This document shows positions 14,201-29,200 of a DNA stretch of 64,000 nt, piece after piece. Source of the stretch: Euprymna scolopes (taxonomy: Eukaryota); NCBI GenBank assembly GCA_053919585.1, contig CM132799.1, one strand, 5' to 3'. The notes under the pieces are model-generated. The model did no database searches. It worked only from the letters and a program-made list of their open reading frames with translations, and was not told where the DNA came from. The position numbers and the translations under genes are program-made. Position 1 is the first letter of the stretch. The number at the start of each line of letters is the position of its first letter.

Positions 14201-17200
14201 TCAGCATCACCTACACTACCAAAACTCTCAGCATCACCTACACTACACAAACCATCAGCATCACCTACACTTCCAAAACTATCATTATCACCTACACAAC
14301 CAAAACTATCAGCATCACCTACACTACCAAAACTATCAGCATCACCTACACCACCAAAACTATCAGCATCATCTACACTACCAAAATTATCAGCATCACC
14401 TACACCACCAAAACTATCAGCATCATATTCATTATCAAAACTATCAGCATCACCTACATTACAAAAACAATCAGCATCACCTACACCATCAAAACTATCA
14501 GCATAACCTTCACTATCAAAACTATCAGCATCATCTACACCACCAAAACTATCAGAATCACGTACACTACAAAAACTATCAGCATCACCTACACCACAAA
14601 AACTATCAGCATCATCTACACCATCAAAACTATCAGCCTCACCTTCACTATCAAACTATCAGCATCATCTACACTACAAAAACTATCACCATCACCTATA
14701 CCACTAAAACTATCAGCATCACCAACACCACCAAAAGTATCAGCATCACGTACACCACCAAAACTATCAGCATCACCTACACTACCAACACAATCAGCAT
14801 CATCTACACCGTCAAATTATCCGCATCACTTACACCACCAAAACTATCAGCATCACCTTCACTATAAAAACTATCAGCATCACCTACACTACCAAAACTA
14901 TCAGCATCACCTACACTATCAAAACTATCAGCATCACCTACACTACAAAACCTATCAGCATCACCTACACCACCAAAACTATCAGCATCACCTACACCAC
15001 CAAAACTATCAGCATCACCTACACTATCAAAACTATAAGCATCAACTACACCAGCAAAATTATCAGCATCACCTACACCACCAAAACTATCAGTATCACC
15101 TACACTACCACCAAAATGAGCATCATCTACACCTCCAAAATTATCAGCATCACCTACACTATCAAAACTATCAGCATCACCTACAACACCAAAACTATCA
15201 GCATCACCTACACCACCAAAACTATCAGCATCACCTACACCATCAAAACTATCAGCATCACCTTCACTATCAAAACTATCAGAATCACCTACACCACCAA
15301 AACTATCAGCATCATCTACACTACCAAAATTATCAACATCACCTACACCACCAAAACTATCTGCATCACCTTCACTATCACAACTATCAGCATAACCTAC
15401 ACCACCTAAACTAGCAGCATCACCTACACTATCAAAACTATCAGCATCACCTACACCACCAAAACAATCAGCATCACCTACACTATCAAAACTATCAGCA
15501 TCACCTACACCACCAAAACTATCAGCATCACCTACACTACCAAAACTATCAGCATCACCTTCACTATCAAAACTATCAGCATCACCTAGACTACCAAAAC
15601 TATCAGCATAACCTACACCACAAAAACTATCAGCATCACCTACACTACCAAAACTATCAGCATCCCCTACACCACCAGAACTATCAGAAATAACCTACAC
15701 CAACAAAACTATCAGCATCAACTACACCATCAAAACAATCAGCATCATCTACACAACCAAAACTATCAGCACCAACTTCACTATCAAAACTATCAGCATC
15801 ACCTACACTATCAAAACTATCAGCATCACCTAAACCACAAAAACTATCAGCATCACCTACACCACCAAAACTATCAGCATCAACTACACTACTAAAACTA
15901 TCAGCATCACTTACACAACCAAAACTATCAGAATCACCTACACTATCAAAACTATCAACATCACTTACACCACCTAAACTAGCAGCATCACCTACACCAT
16001 CAAAACTATCATCATTACCTACACCACCAAAACTATCAGCATCACCTACACTATCAAAACTATCAGCATCACCTACACCACCAAAACTATCAGCATCACC
16101 TACACCACCAAAACTATCACCATCACCTACACCACCAAAACTATCACCATCACCTTCACTAACAAAATTATCAGCATCACCTACCCCACCAAAATTATCA
16201 GCATCACCTACACCACCGAAATGATCAGCATCACCTACACCACCAAAATTATCAGCATCACCTACACTACCAAAACTATCAGCATCACCTACACTACCAA
16301 AACTATCAGCATCACCTACACTACCAAAACTATCAGCATCACCAACACCACAAAAAATATCAGCATCACCTACACCAGCAAAACTATCAGCATCACCTAC
16401 ACCACATAAAATTATCAGCATCAACTACACAATCAAAACTATCAGCATAATCTACACTACAAACCTATCAGCATCACCTACACCACCAAAAGGATCAGCA
16501 TCACCTACACCACCAAAACAATCAGCATCACCTACACTACCAAAACTATCAGCATCACCTACACTACCAAAACTATCAGCATCACCTAGACTACCAAAAC
16601 TATCAGCATCACCTACACCACCAAAACTATCAGCATCACCTACACTACCAAATCTATCAGCATCACCTACACTACCAAACAATCAGCATCACCTACACCA
16701 AGAAAACTATCAGCATCACCTACACAACCAAAACTATCAGCATCACCGACACCACCTAAATTATCAGCATCACCTACACCATCAAAACTATCAGCATCAC
16801 CTTCACTACAAAACTATCAGCATCACCTACACCACCAAAACTATCAGCATCACCTACACCACCAAAACTATCAGCATCTACTACACCACAAAGACTATCA
16901 GCATCACCTACACTACCGAAACTATCAGCATCACCTACACCACCAAACCTATCAGCATCACCTACACTACCAAAATTATCAGCATCACCTACACTACCAA
17001 AACTATCAGCATAACCTGCACTACCAAAACTATGAGCATCACCTACACTACCAAAACTATCAGCGTCACCTACACTACCAAAACTATCAGCATCACCTAC
17101 ACTACCAAAACTATCAGCATCACCTACACCACATAAACTATTAGCATCACCTACACTACCAAAACTATCAGCATCACCTACACTACCAAAAATATCAGCA

Positions 17201-20200
17201 TCACCTACACTACCAAAATAATCAGCATCACCTACACCACCAAAACTATCAGCATCACCTTCACTATCAAAACTATGAGCATCACCTACACCACCAAAAC
17301 TATGAGCATCACCTACACTACCAAAACTATCAGCATCACCTACACCACCAAAACTATCAGCATCACCTACACTAATAAAACTCTCAGACTCACCTACACT
17401 ACCAAAACTATCAGCATCACCTACACTACCAAAACTATCAGTATCACCTACACTACACAAACCATCAGCATAACCTACACTACCAAAACTATCATTATCA
17501 CCTACACAACCAAAACTATCAGCATCACCTACACTACCAAAACTATCAGCATCACCTACACCACCAAAACTATCAGCATCATCTACACTACCAAAATTAT
17601 CAGCATCACCTACACAACCAAAACTATCAGCATCATATTCACTATCAAAACTATCAGCATCACCTACATTACAAAACTATCAGCATCACCTACACCATCA
17701 AAACTATCAGCATCGCCTTCACTATCAAAACTATCAGCATCCTCTACACCACCAAAACTATCAGAATCACCTACACTACAAAAACTATCAGCATCACCTA
17801 CACCACCAAAACTATCAGCATCACCTACACTATCAAAACTATCAGCATCACCTACACCACCAAAACTATCAGCATCACCTACACTACCAAATCTATCAGA
17901 CTCACCTTCACTATCAAAACTTTCAGCATCACCTACACTACCAAAACTATCAGCATAACCTACACCACAAAAACTATCAGCATCACCTACACTACCAAAA
18001 CTATCAGCATCACCTACACCACCAAAACTATCAGAAATAACCTACACCAACAAAACTATCAGCATCAACTACACCATCAAAACAATCAGCATCATCTACA
18101 CAACCAAAACTATCAGCACCACCTTCACTATCAAAACTATCAGCATCACCTACACTATCAAAACTATCAGCATCACCTACACCACCAAAACTATCAGCAT
18201 CACCTACACCACCAAAACTATCAGCATAAACAACACTACCACACTTATCAGCATCACTTACACCACCAAAACTATCAGCATCACCTACACTATCAAAACT
18301 ATCAACATCACTTACACCACCTAAACTATCAGCATCACCTACACCATCAAAACTATCATCATTACCTACACCACCAAAACTATCAGCATCACCTACACCA
18401 TCAAAACTATCAGCATCACCTAGACCACCAAAACTATCAGCATCACCTACACCACCAAAACTATCACCATCACCTACACCACCAAAACTATCAGCATCAC
18501 CTTCACTAACAAAATTATCAGCATCACCTACCCCACCAAAATTATCAGCATCACCTACACCACCGAAATTATCAGCATCACCTACACCATCAAAATTATC
18601 AGCATCACCTACACTACCAAAACTATCAGCATCACCTACACTACCAAAACTATCAGCATCACCTTCACTACCAAAACTATCAGCATCACCTACACCACCA
18701 ACACTATCAGCATCACCTATACCACCAAAACTATCAGCATCACCTACACCACCAAAATTATCAGCATCAACTACACAATCAAAACTATCAGCATCACCTT
18801 CACTACAAAACTATCAGCATCACCTACACCACCAAAACTATCAGCATCACCTACACCACCAAAACTATCAGCATCACCTACACTACAAAAACTATCAGCA
18901 TCACCTACACTACCAAAACTATCAGCATCACCTACACTACCAAAACTATCAGCATCACCTACACCACCAAAACTATCAGCATCACCTACACTACCAAATC
19001 TATCAGCATCACCTACACTACCAAAACAATCAGCATCACCTACACCAAGAAAACTATCAGCATCACCTACACCACCAAAACTATCAGCATCACCAACACC
19101 ACCAAAATTATCAGCATCACCTACACCACCAAAACTATCAGCATCACCTACACCACCAAAACTATCAGAATCTACTACACCACAAAGACTATCAGCATCA
19201 CCTACACTACCAAAACTATCAGCATCACCTACACCACCAAACCTATCAGCATCACCTACACTACCAAAACTATTAGCATCACCTACACTACCAAAACTAT
19301 CAGCATCACCTGCACTACCAAAACTATGAGCATCACCTACACTACCAAAACTATCAGCGTCACCTACACTACCAAAACTATCAGCATCACCTACACTACC
19401 AAAACTATCAGTATCACCTTCACCACCAAAACTATTAGCATCACCTACACTACCAAAACTATCAGCATCACCTACACTACCAAAACTATCAGCATCACCT
19501 ACACTACCAAAACTATCAGCATCACCTTCACCACCAAAACTATTAGCATCACCTACACTACCAAAACTATCAGCATCACCTACACTACCAAAAATATCAG
19601 CATCAGCTACACTACCAAAATAATCAGCATCACCTACACCACCAAAACTATCAGCATCACCTTCACTATCAAAACTATGAGCATCACCAACACCACCAAA
19701 ACTATCAGCATCACCTACACTACCAAAACTATCAGCATCACCTACACCACTAAAACTATCAGCATCACCTACACTAATAAAACTCTCAGCATCACCTACA
19801 CTACCAAAACTATCAGCATCACCTACACTACCAAAATTATCAGCATCACCTACACCACCAAAACTATCAGCATCATATTCACTATCAAAACTATCAGCAT
19901 CACCTACATTACCACAACTATCAGCATCACCTACACCATCAAAACTATCATTATAACCTACACAAACAAAACTATCAGCATCACCTACACTACCAAAACT
20001 ATCAGCATCACCTACACCACCAAACTATCAGCATCATCTACACTACCAAAATTATCAGCATCACCTACACCACCAAAACTATCAGCATCATATTCACTAT
20101 CAAAACTATCAGCATCACCTACATTTCCACAACTATCAGCATCACCTACACCACCAAAACTATCAGCATCACCTTCACTATCAAAACTATCAGCATCATC

Positions 20201-23200
20201 TACACCACCAAAACTATCAGAATCACCTACACTACAAAAACTATCAGCATCACCTACACCACCAAAACTATCAGAATCATCTACACCATCAAAACTATCA
20301 GCATCACCTTAACTATCAAAACTATCAGCATCACCTACACCACCAAAACTATCAGCATCACCTAAACTATCAAAACTATCAGCATCACCTACACCAACAA
20401 AACTATCAGCATCACCTACACTATCAAAACTATCAGCATCACCTACACCACCAAAACTATCAGCATCACCTACACTACAAAAACTATCAGCATCACCTTC
20501 ACTATAAAAACTATCAGCATCACCTACACTACCAAAACTATCAGCATAACCTACACCACAAAAACTATCAGCATCACCTACACTACCAAAACTATCAGCA
20601 TCACCTACACCACCAAAACTATCAGAAATAACCTACACCACCAAAACTATCAGCATCAACTACACCATCAAAACAATCAGCATCCTCTACACAACCAAAC
20701 CTATCAGCACCACCTTCACTATCAAAACTATCAGCATCACCTACACTATCAAAACTATCAGCATCACCTACACCACCAAAACTATCAGCATCACCTACAC
20801 CACCAAAACTATCAGCATTTACTACACCACTAAAATTATCAGCATCACTTACACCACCAAAACTATCAGCATCACCTACACTATCAAAACTATCAACATC
20901 ACTTACACCACCTAAACTATCAGCATCACCTACACCATCAAAACTATCATCATTACCTACACCACCAAAACTATCAGCATCACCTACACCATAAAAACTA
21001 TCAGCATCACCTACACCCTCAAAACTATCAGCATCACCTACACCACCAAAACTATCAGCATCACCTACACCACCAAAACTATCAGCATCACCTTCACTAA
21101 CAATATTTATCAGCATCACCTTCCCAACCAAAATTATCAGCATCACCTACACCACCGAAATTATCAGCATCACCTACACCACCAAAATTATCAGCATCAC
21201 CTACACTACCAAAACTATCAGAATCACCTACACTACCAAAACTATCAGCATCACCTACACTACCAAAACTATCAGCATCACCTACACCACCAAAACTATC
21301 CGCATCACCTACACCACCAAAACTATCAGCATCACCTACACCACTAAAATTATCAGCATCACCTACACAATCAAAACTATCAGCATCACCGTTACTACAA
21401 AACTATCAGCATCACCTACACCACCAAAACTATCAGCATCACCTACACTACCAAAACTATCAGCATCACCTACACCACCAAAACTATCAGCATCACCTAC
21501 ACCACCAAAACTATCAGCATCACCTACACTACCAAAACTATCAGCATCACCTACACTACCAAAACTATCAGCATCACCTATACCACCAAAACTATCAGCA
21601 TCACCTACACTACCAAATCTATCAGCATCACCTACACTACCAAAACTATCAGCATCACCTACACCAAGAAAACTATCAGCATCACCTACACCACCAAAAC
21701 TATCAGCATCACCAACACCACCAAAATTATCAGCATCACCTACACCATCAAAACTATCAGCATCACCTTCACTACAAAACTATCAGCATCACCTACACCA
21801 CCAAAACTATCAGCATCAACTACACCACTAAAACTATCAGCATCTACTACACCACAAAGTCTATCAGCATCACCTACACTACCAAAACTATAAGTACCAC
21901 CTACACCACCAAACCTATCAGAATCACCTACGCTACCAAAACTATCAGCATCACCTACACTACCAAAACTATCAGCATCACCTGCACTACCAAAACTATG
22001 AGCATCACCTACACTACCAAAACTATCAGCGTCACTTACACTACCAAAACTATCAGCATCACCTACACTACCAAAACTATCAGCATAACCTACACCACCA
22101 AAACTATTAGCATCACCTACACTACCAAAACTATCAGCATCACCTACACTACCAAAAATATCAGCATCACTTACACTACCAAAATAATCAGCATCACCTA
22201 CACCACCAAAACTATCAGCATCACCTTCACTATCAAAACTATGAGCATCACCTACACCACCAAAACTATCAGCATCACCTACACTACCAAAACTATCAGC
22301 ATCACCTACACCACCAAAACTATCAGCATCACCACCACTAATAAAACTCTCAGCATCATCTACACTACCAAAACTATCAGCATCACCTACACTACCAAAA
22401 CTATCAGCATCACCTACACTACACAAACCATCAGCATCACCTACACTACCAAAACTATCATTATCACCTATACAACCAAAACTATCAGCATCACCTACAC
22501 TACCAAAACTATCAGCATCACCTACACCACCAAAACTATCAGCATCATCTACACTACCAAAATTATCAGCATCACCTACACCACCAAAACTATCAGCATC
22601 ATATTCACTATCAAAACTATCAGCATCACCTACATTACCAAAACTATCAGCATCACCTACACCATCAAAACTATCAGCATCACCTTCACTCTCAAAACTA
22701 TCAGCATCATCTACACCACCAAAACTATCAGAATCACCTACACTACAAAAACTATCAGCATCACCTACACCACCAAAACTATCAGCATCATCTACACCAT
22801 CAAAACTATCAGCATCACCTTCACTATCAAAACTATCAGCATCACCTACACCACCAAAACTATCAGCATCACCTACACTACCAAAACTATCAGCATCACC
22901 TTCACTATCAAAACTATCAGCATCACCTACACTACCAAAACTATCAGCATCACCAACACCACCAAAATTATCAGCATCACCTACACCATCAAAACTATCA
23001 GCATCACCAACACCACCAAAATTATCAGCATCACCTACACCATCAAAACTATCAGCATCACCTTCACTACAAAACTATCAGCATCACCTACACCACCAAA
23101 ACTATCAGCATCAACTACACCACTAAAACTATCAGCATCTACTACACCACAAAGTCTATCAGCATCACCTACACTACCAAAACTATAAGTACCACCTACA

Positions 23201-26200
23201 CCACCAAACCTATCAGAATCACCTACGCTACCAAAACTATCAGCATCACCTACACTACCAAAACTATCAGCATCACCTGCACTACCAAAACTATGAGCAT
23301 CACCTACACTACCAAAACTATCAGCGTCACTTACACTACCAAAACTATCAGCATCACCTACACTACCAAAACTATCAGCATAACCTACACCACCAAAACT
23401 ATTAGCATCACCTACACTACCAAAACTATCAGCATCACCTACACTACCAAAAATATCAGCATCACTTACACTACCAAAATAATCAGCATCACCTACACCA
23501 CCAAAACTATCAGCATCACCTTCACTATCAAAACTATGAGCATCACCTACACCACCAAAACTATCAGCATCACCTACACTACCAAAACTATCAGCATCAC
23601 CTACACCACCAAAACTATCAGCATCACCACCACTAATAAAACTCTCAGCATCATCTACACTACCAAAACTATCAGCATCACCTACACTACCAAAACTATC
23701 AGCATCACCTACACTACACAAACCATCAGCATCACCTACACTACCAAAACTATCATTATCACCTATACAACCAAAACTATCAGCATCACCTACACTACCA
23801 AAACTATCAGCATCACCTACACCACCAAAACTATCAGCATCATCTACACTACCAAAATTATCAGCATCACCTACACCACCAAAACTATCAGCATCATATT
23901 CACTATCAAAACTATCAGCATCACCTACATTACCAAAACTATCAGCATCACCAACACCATCAAAACTATCAGCATCACCTTCACTCTCAAAACTATCAGC
24001 ATCATCTACACCACCAAAACTATCAGAATCACCTACACTACAAAAACTATCAGCATCACCTACACCACCAAAACTATCAGCATCATCTACACCATCAAAA
24101 CTATCAGCATCACCTTCACTATCAAAACTATCAGCATCACCTACACCACCAAAACTATCAGCATCACCTACACTACCAAAACTATCAGCATCACCTTCAC
24201 TATCAAAACTATCAGCATCACCTACACTACCAAAACTATCAGCATAACCTACACCACAACAACTATCAGCATCACCTACACTACCAAAACTATCAGCATC
24301 ACCTACACCACCAAAACTATCAGAAATAACCTACACCACCAAAACTATCAGAATCAACTACACCATCAAAAAAATCAGCATCATCTACACAACCAAACCT
24401 ATCAGCACAACCTTCACTATCAAAACTATCAGCATCACCTACACTATCAAAACTATCAGCATCACCTACACCACCAAAACTATCAGCATCACCTACACCA
24501 CCAAAACTATCAGCATCAACTACACTACTAAAATTATCAGAATCACTTACACCACCAAAACTATCAGCATCACCTACACGATCAACACTATCAACGTCAC
24601 TTACACAACCTAAACTATCAGCATCACCTACACCATCAAAACTATCATCATTACCTACACCACCAAAACTATCAGCATCACCTACACCATCAAAACTATC
24701 AGCATCACCTACACCACCAAAACTATCAGCATCACCTACACCACCAAAACTATCAGCATCACCTACACCACCAAAACTATCAGCATCACCTTCACTAACA
24801 AAATTATCAGCATCACCTACCCCACCAAAATTATCAGCAACACCTACACCACCGAAATTATCAGCATCACCTACACCACCAAAATTATCAGCATCACCTA
24901 CACTACCAAAACTATCAGCATCACCTACACTACCAAAACTATCAGCATCACCTACACTACCAAAACTATCAGCATCACCTACACCACCAAAACTATCAGC
25001 ATCACCTACACCACCAAAACTATCAGCATCCCCTACACCACCAAAATTATCAGCATCACCTACACAATCAAAACTATCAGCATCACCTTCACTACAAAAC
25101 TATCAGCATCACCTACACCACCAAAACTATCAGCATCACCTACACCACCAAAAATATCAGCATCACCTACACCACCAAAACTATCAGCATCACCTACACT
25201 ACCAAAACTATCAGCATCACCTACACTACCAAAACTGTCAGCATCACCTACACTACCAAAACTATCAGCATCACCTACACCACCAAAACTATCAGCATCA
25301 CCTACACTACCAAATCTATCAGCATCACCTACACTACCAAAACTATCAGCATCACCTACACCAAGAAAACTATCAGCATCAAATACACCACCAAAACTAT
25401 CAGCATCACCAACACCACCAAAATTATCAGCATCATCTACACCATCAAAACTATCAGCATCACCTTCACTACAAAACTATCAGCATCACCTACACCACCA
25501 AAACTATCAGCATCAACTACACCACTAAAACTATCAGCATCTACTACACCACAAAGACTATCAGCATCACCTACACTACCAAAACTATCAGCATCACCTA
25601 CACCACCAAACCTATCAGCATCACCTACACTACCAAAACTATCAGCATCACCTACACTACCAAAACTATCAGCATCACCTACACTACCAAAACTATTAGC
25701 ATCACCTACACTACCAAAACTATCAGCATCACCTACACTACCAAAACTATCAGCATCACCTACACCACCAAAACTATTAGCATCACCTACACTACCAAAA
25801 CTATCAGCATCACCTACACTACTAAAAATATCAGCATCACCTACACTACCAAAATAATCAGCATCACCTACACCACCAAAACTATCAGCATCACCTTCAC
25901 TATCACAACTATCAGCATCACCTAGACCACCAAAACTATCAGCATTACCCACACTACCAAAACTATCAGCATCACCTACACCACCAAAACTATCAGCATC
26001 ACCTACACTACCAAAACTCTCAGCATCACCTACACTACCAAAACTATCAGCATCACCTACACTACCAAAACTATCAGCATCACCTACACTACACAAACCA
26101 TCAGCATCACCTACACCACCAAAACTATTAGCATCATCTACACTACCAAAATTATCAGCATCACCTACACCACCAAAACTATCAGCATCATATTCACTAT

Positions 26201-29200
26201 CAAAACTATCAGCATCACCTACATTACCAAACTATCAGCATCACCTACACCATCAAAACTATAAGCATCACCTTCACTATCAAAACAATCAGCATCATCT
26301 ACACCACCAAAACTATCAGAATCACCTACACTACAAAAACTATCAGCATCACCTACACCACCAAAACTATCAGCATCATCTACACCATCACAACTATCAG
26401 CATCACCATCACTATCAAAACTATCAGCATCATCTACACTACAAAAACTATCACCATCACCTATACCACTAAAACTATCAGCATCACCTACACCACCAAC
26501 AGTATCAGCATCACGTACACCACCAAAACTATCAGCATACGCCTACACTACCAACGCAATCAGCATCATCTACACCGTCAAATTATCAGCATCACTTACA
26601 CCACCAAAACTATCAGCATCACCTTCACTAAAAAAACTATCAGCATCACCTACACTACCTAAACTATCAGCATAACCTACACTATCAAAACAATCAGCAT
26701 CACCTACACTACCAAAACTATCAGCATCACCTACACCACCAAAACTATCAGCATCACCTACACCACCAAAACTATCAGCATCACCTACACTATCAAAACT
26801 ATCAGCATCACCTTCACCAGCAAAATTATCAGCATCACCTACACCACCAAAACTATCAGTATCACCTACACTACCACCAAAATGAGCATCATCTACACCT
26901 CCAAAACTATCAGTATCACCTACATTATCAAAACTATCAGCATCACCTACAACACCAAAACTATCAGCATCACCTACACCACCAAAACTATCAGCATCAC
27001 CTACACCATCAAAACTATCAGCATCACCTTCACTATCAAAACTATCAGCATCACCTACACCACCAAAATTATCAGCATCATCTACACTACCAAAATTATC
27101 AACATCACCTACACCACCTTAACTATCAGCATCACCTTCACTATCAAAACTATCAGCATCACCTACACCACCAAAACTATCAGCATCACCTACACTATCA
27201 AAACTATCAGCATCACCTACACCACCAAAACTATCAGCATTACCTACACTATCAAAACTATCAGCATCACCTACACCTTAAAACTATCAGTATCACCTAC
27301 ACTACCAAAACTATCAGCATCACCTTCACTATCAAAACTATCAGCATCACCTACACTACCAAAACTATCAGCATCACCTACACCACAAAAACTATCAGCA
27401 TCACCTACACTACCAAAACTATCAGCATCACCTACACCACCAAAACTATCAGAAATAACCTACACCAACAAAACTATCAGCATCAACTACACCATCAAAA
27501 CAATCAGCATCATCTACACAACCAAAACTATCAGCACCACCTTCACTATCAAAACTATCAGCATCACCTACACTATCAAAACTATCAGCATCACCTACAC
27601 CACCAAAACTATCAGCATCACCTACACCACCAAAACTATCAGCATCAACTACACAACTAAAATTATCAGCATCACTTACACCACCAAAACTATCAGCATC
27701 AGCTACACTATCAAAACTATCAACATCACTTACACCACCTAAACTATCAGCATCACCTACACCATCAAAACTATCATAATTACCTACACCACCAAAACTA
27801 TCAGCATCACCTACACCATCAAAACTATAAGCATCACCTAAATAACCAAAATTATAAGCATCACCTACACCACCAAAACTATCAGCATCACCTACACCAC
27901 AAAAACTATCAGCATCACCTTCACTAACAAAATTATCAGCATCACCTACCCCACCAAAACTATCAGCATCACCTACACCACCGAAATTATCAGCATCACC
28001 TACACCACCAAAATTATCAGCATCACCTTCACCACCAAAAATATCAGCATCACCTGCACCACCAATATTATCAGTATCACCTTCACCACCAAAATTATCA
28101 GCATCACCTGCACCACCAAAATTATCAGTATCACATACCCCACCAAAACTATCAGCATAACTTACACCACCAAAAATATCAGCATATCCTACACTACCAA
28201 AATTATCATCATCACCTACACCACCAAAAATATCAGCATCATCTACACTACAAAAACTATCATCATCACCTACACTACCAAAATTATCAGCATCACCTAC
28301 ACCATAAAAACTATCAGCATCACCTTCACTATCAAAACTATCAGCATCACCTACACTACCAAAACTATCAGCATCACCTACACTATCAATACTATCAGCA
28401 TCACCTACACTACCAAAACTATCAGCATCACCTACACTACCAAAATTATCAGCATCACCTACACTACCAAACCTATGAGCATCACCTACACTACCAAAGC
28501 TATCAGCATCACCTACACTACCAAAACTATCAGCATCACCTACGCCACCAAAGCTATCAGCATCACCTACACCACCAAAACTATCAGCATCACCTACACC
28601 ACCAAAAATATCAGCATCACCTACACTACCAAAACTATCAGCATCACCTACACTACCAAAACTATCAGCATCACCTACACTACACAAACCCTCAGCATCA
28701 CCTACACTACAAAAACTATCATTATCACCTACACAACCAAAACTATCAGCATCACCTACACTACCAAAACTATCAGCATCACCTACACCACCAAAACTAT
28801 CAGCATCATCTACACTTCCAAAATTATCAGCATCACCTACACCCCCAAAACTATCAGCATCATATTCACTACCAAAACTATCAGCATCACCTACATTACC
28901 AAAACTATCAGCATCACCTACACCATCAAAACTATCAGCATCACCTTCACTATCAAAACTATCAGCATCATCTACACCACCAAAACTATCAGAATCACCT
29001 ACACTACAAAAACTATCAGCATCACCTACACCACCAAAACTATCAGCATCATCTACACCATCAAAACTATCAGCATCACCTTCACTATCAAAACTATCAG
29101 CATCATCTTCACTACAAAAACTATCACCATCAACTATACCACTAAAACTATCAGCATCACCTACACCACCAAAAGTATTCATCACGTGCACCACCAAAAC

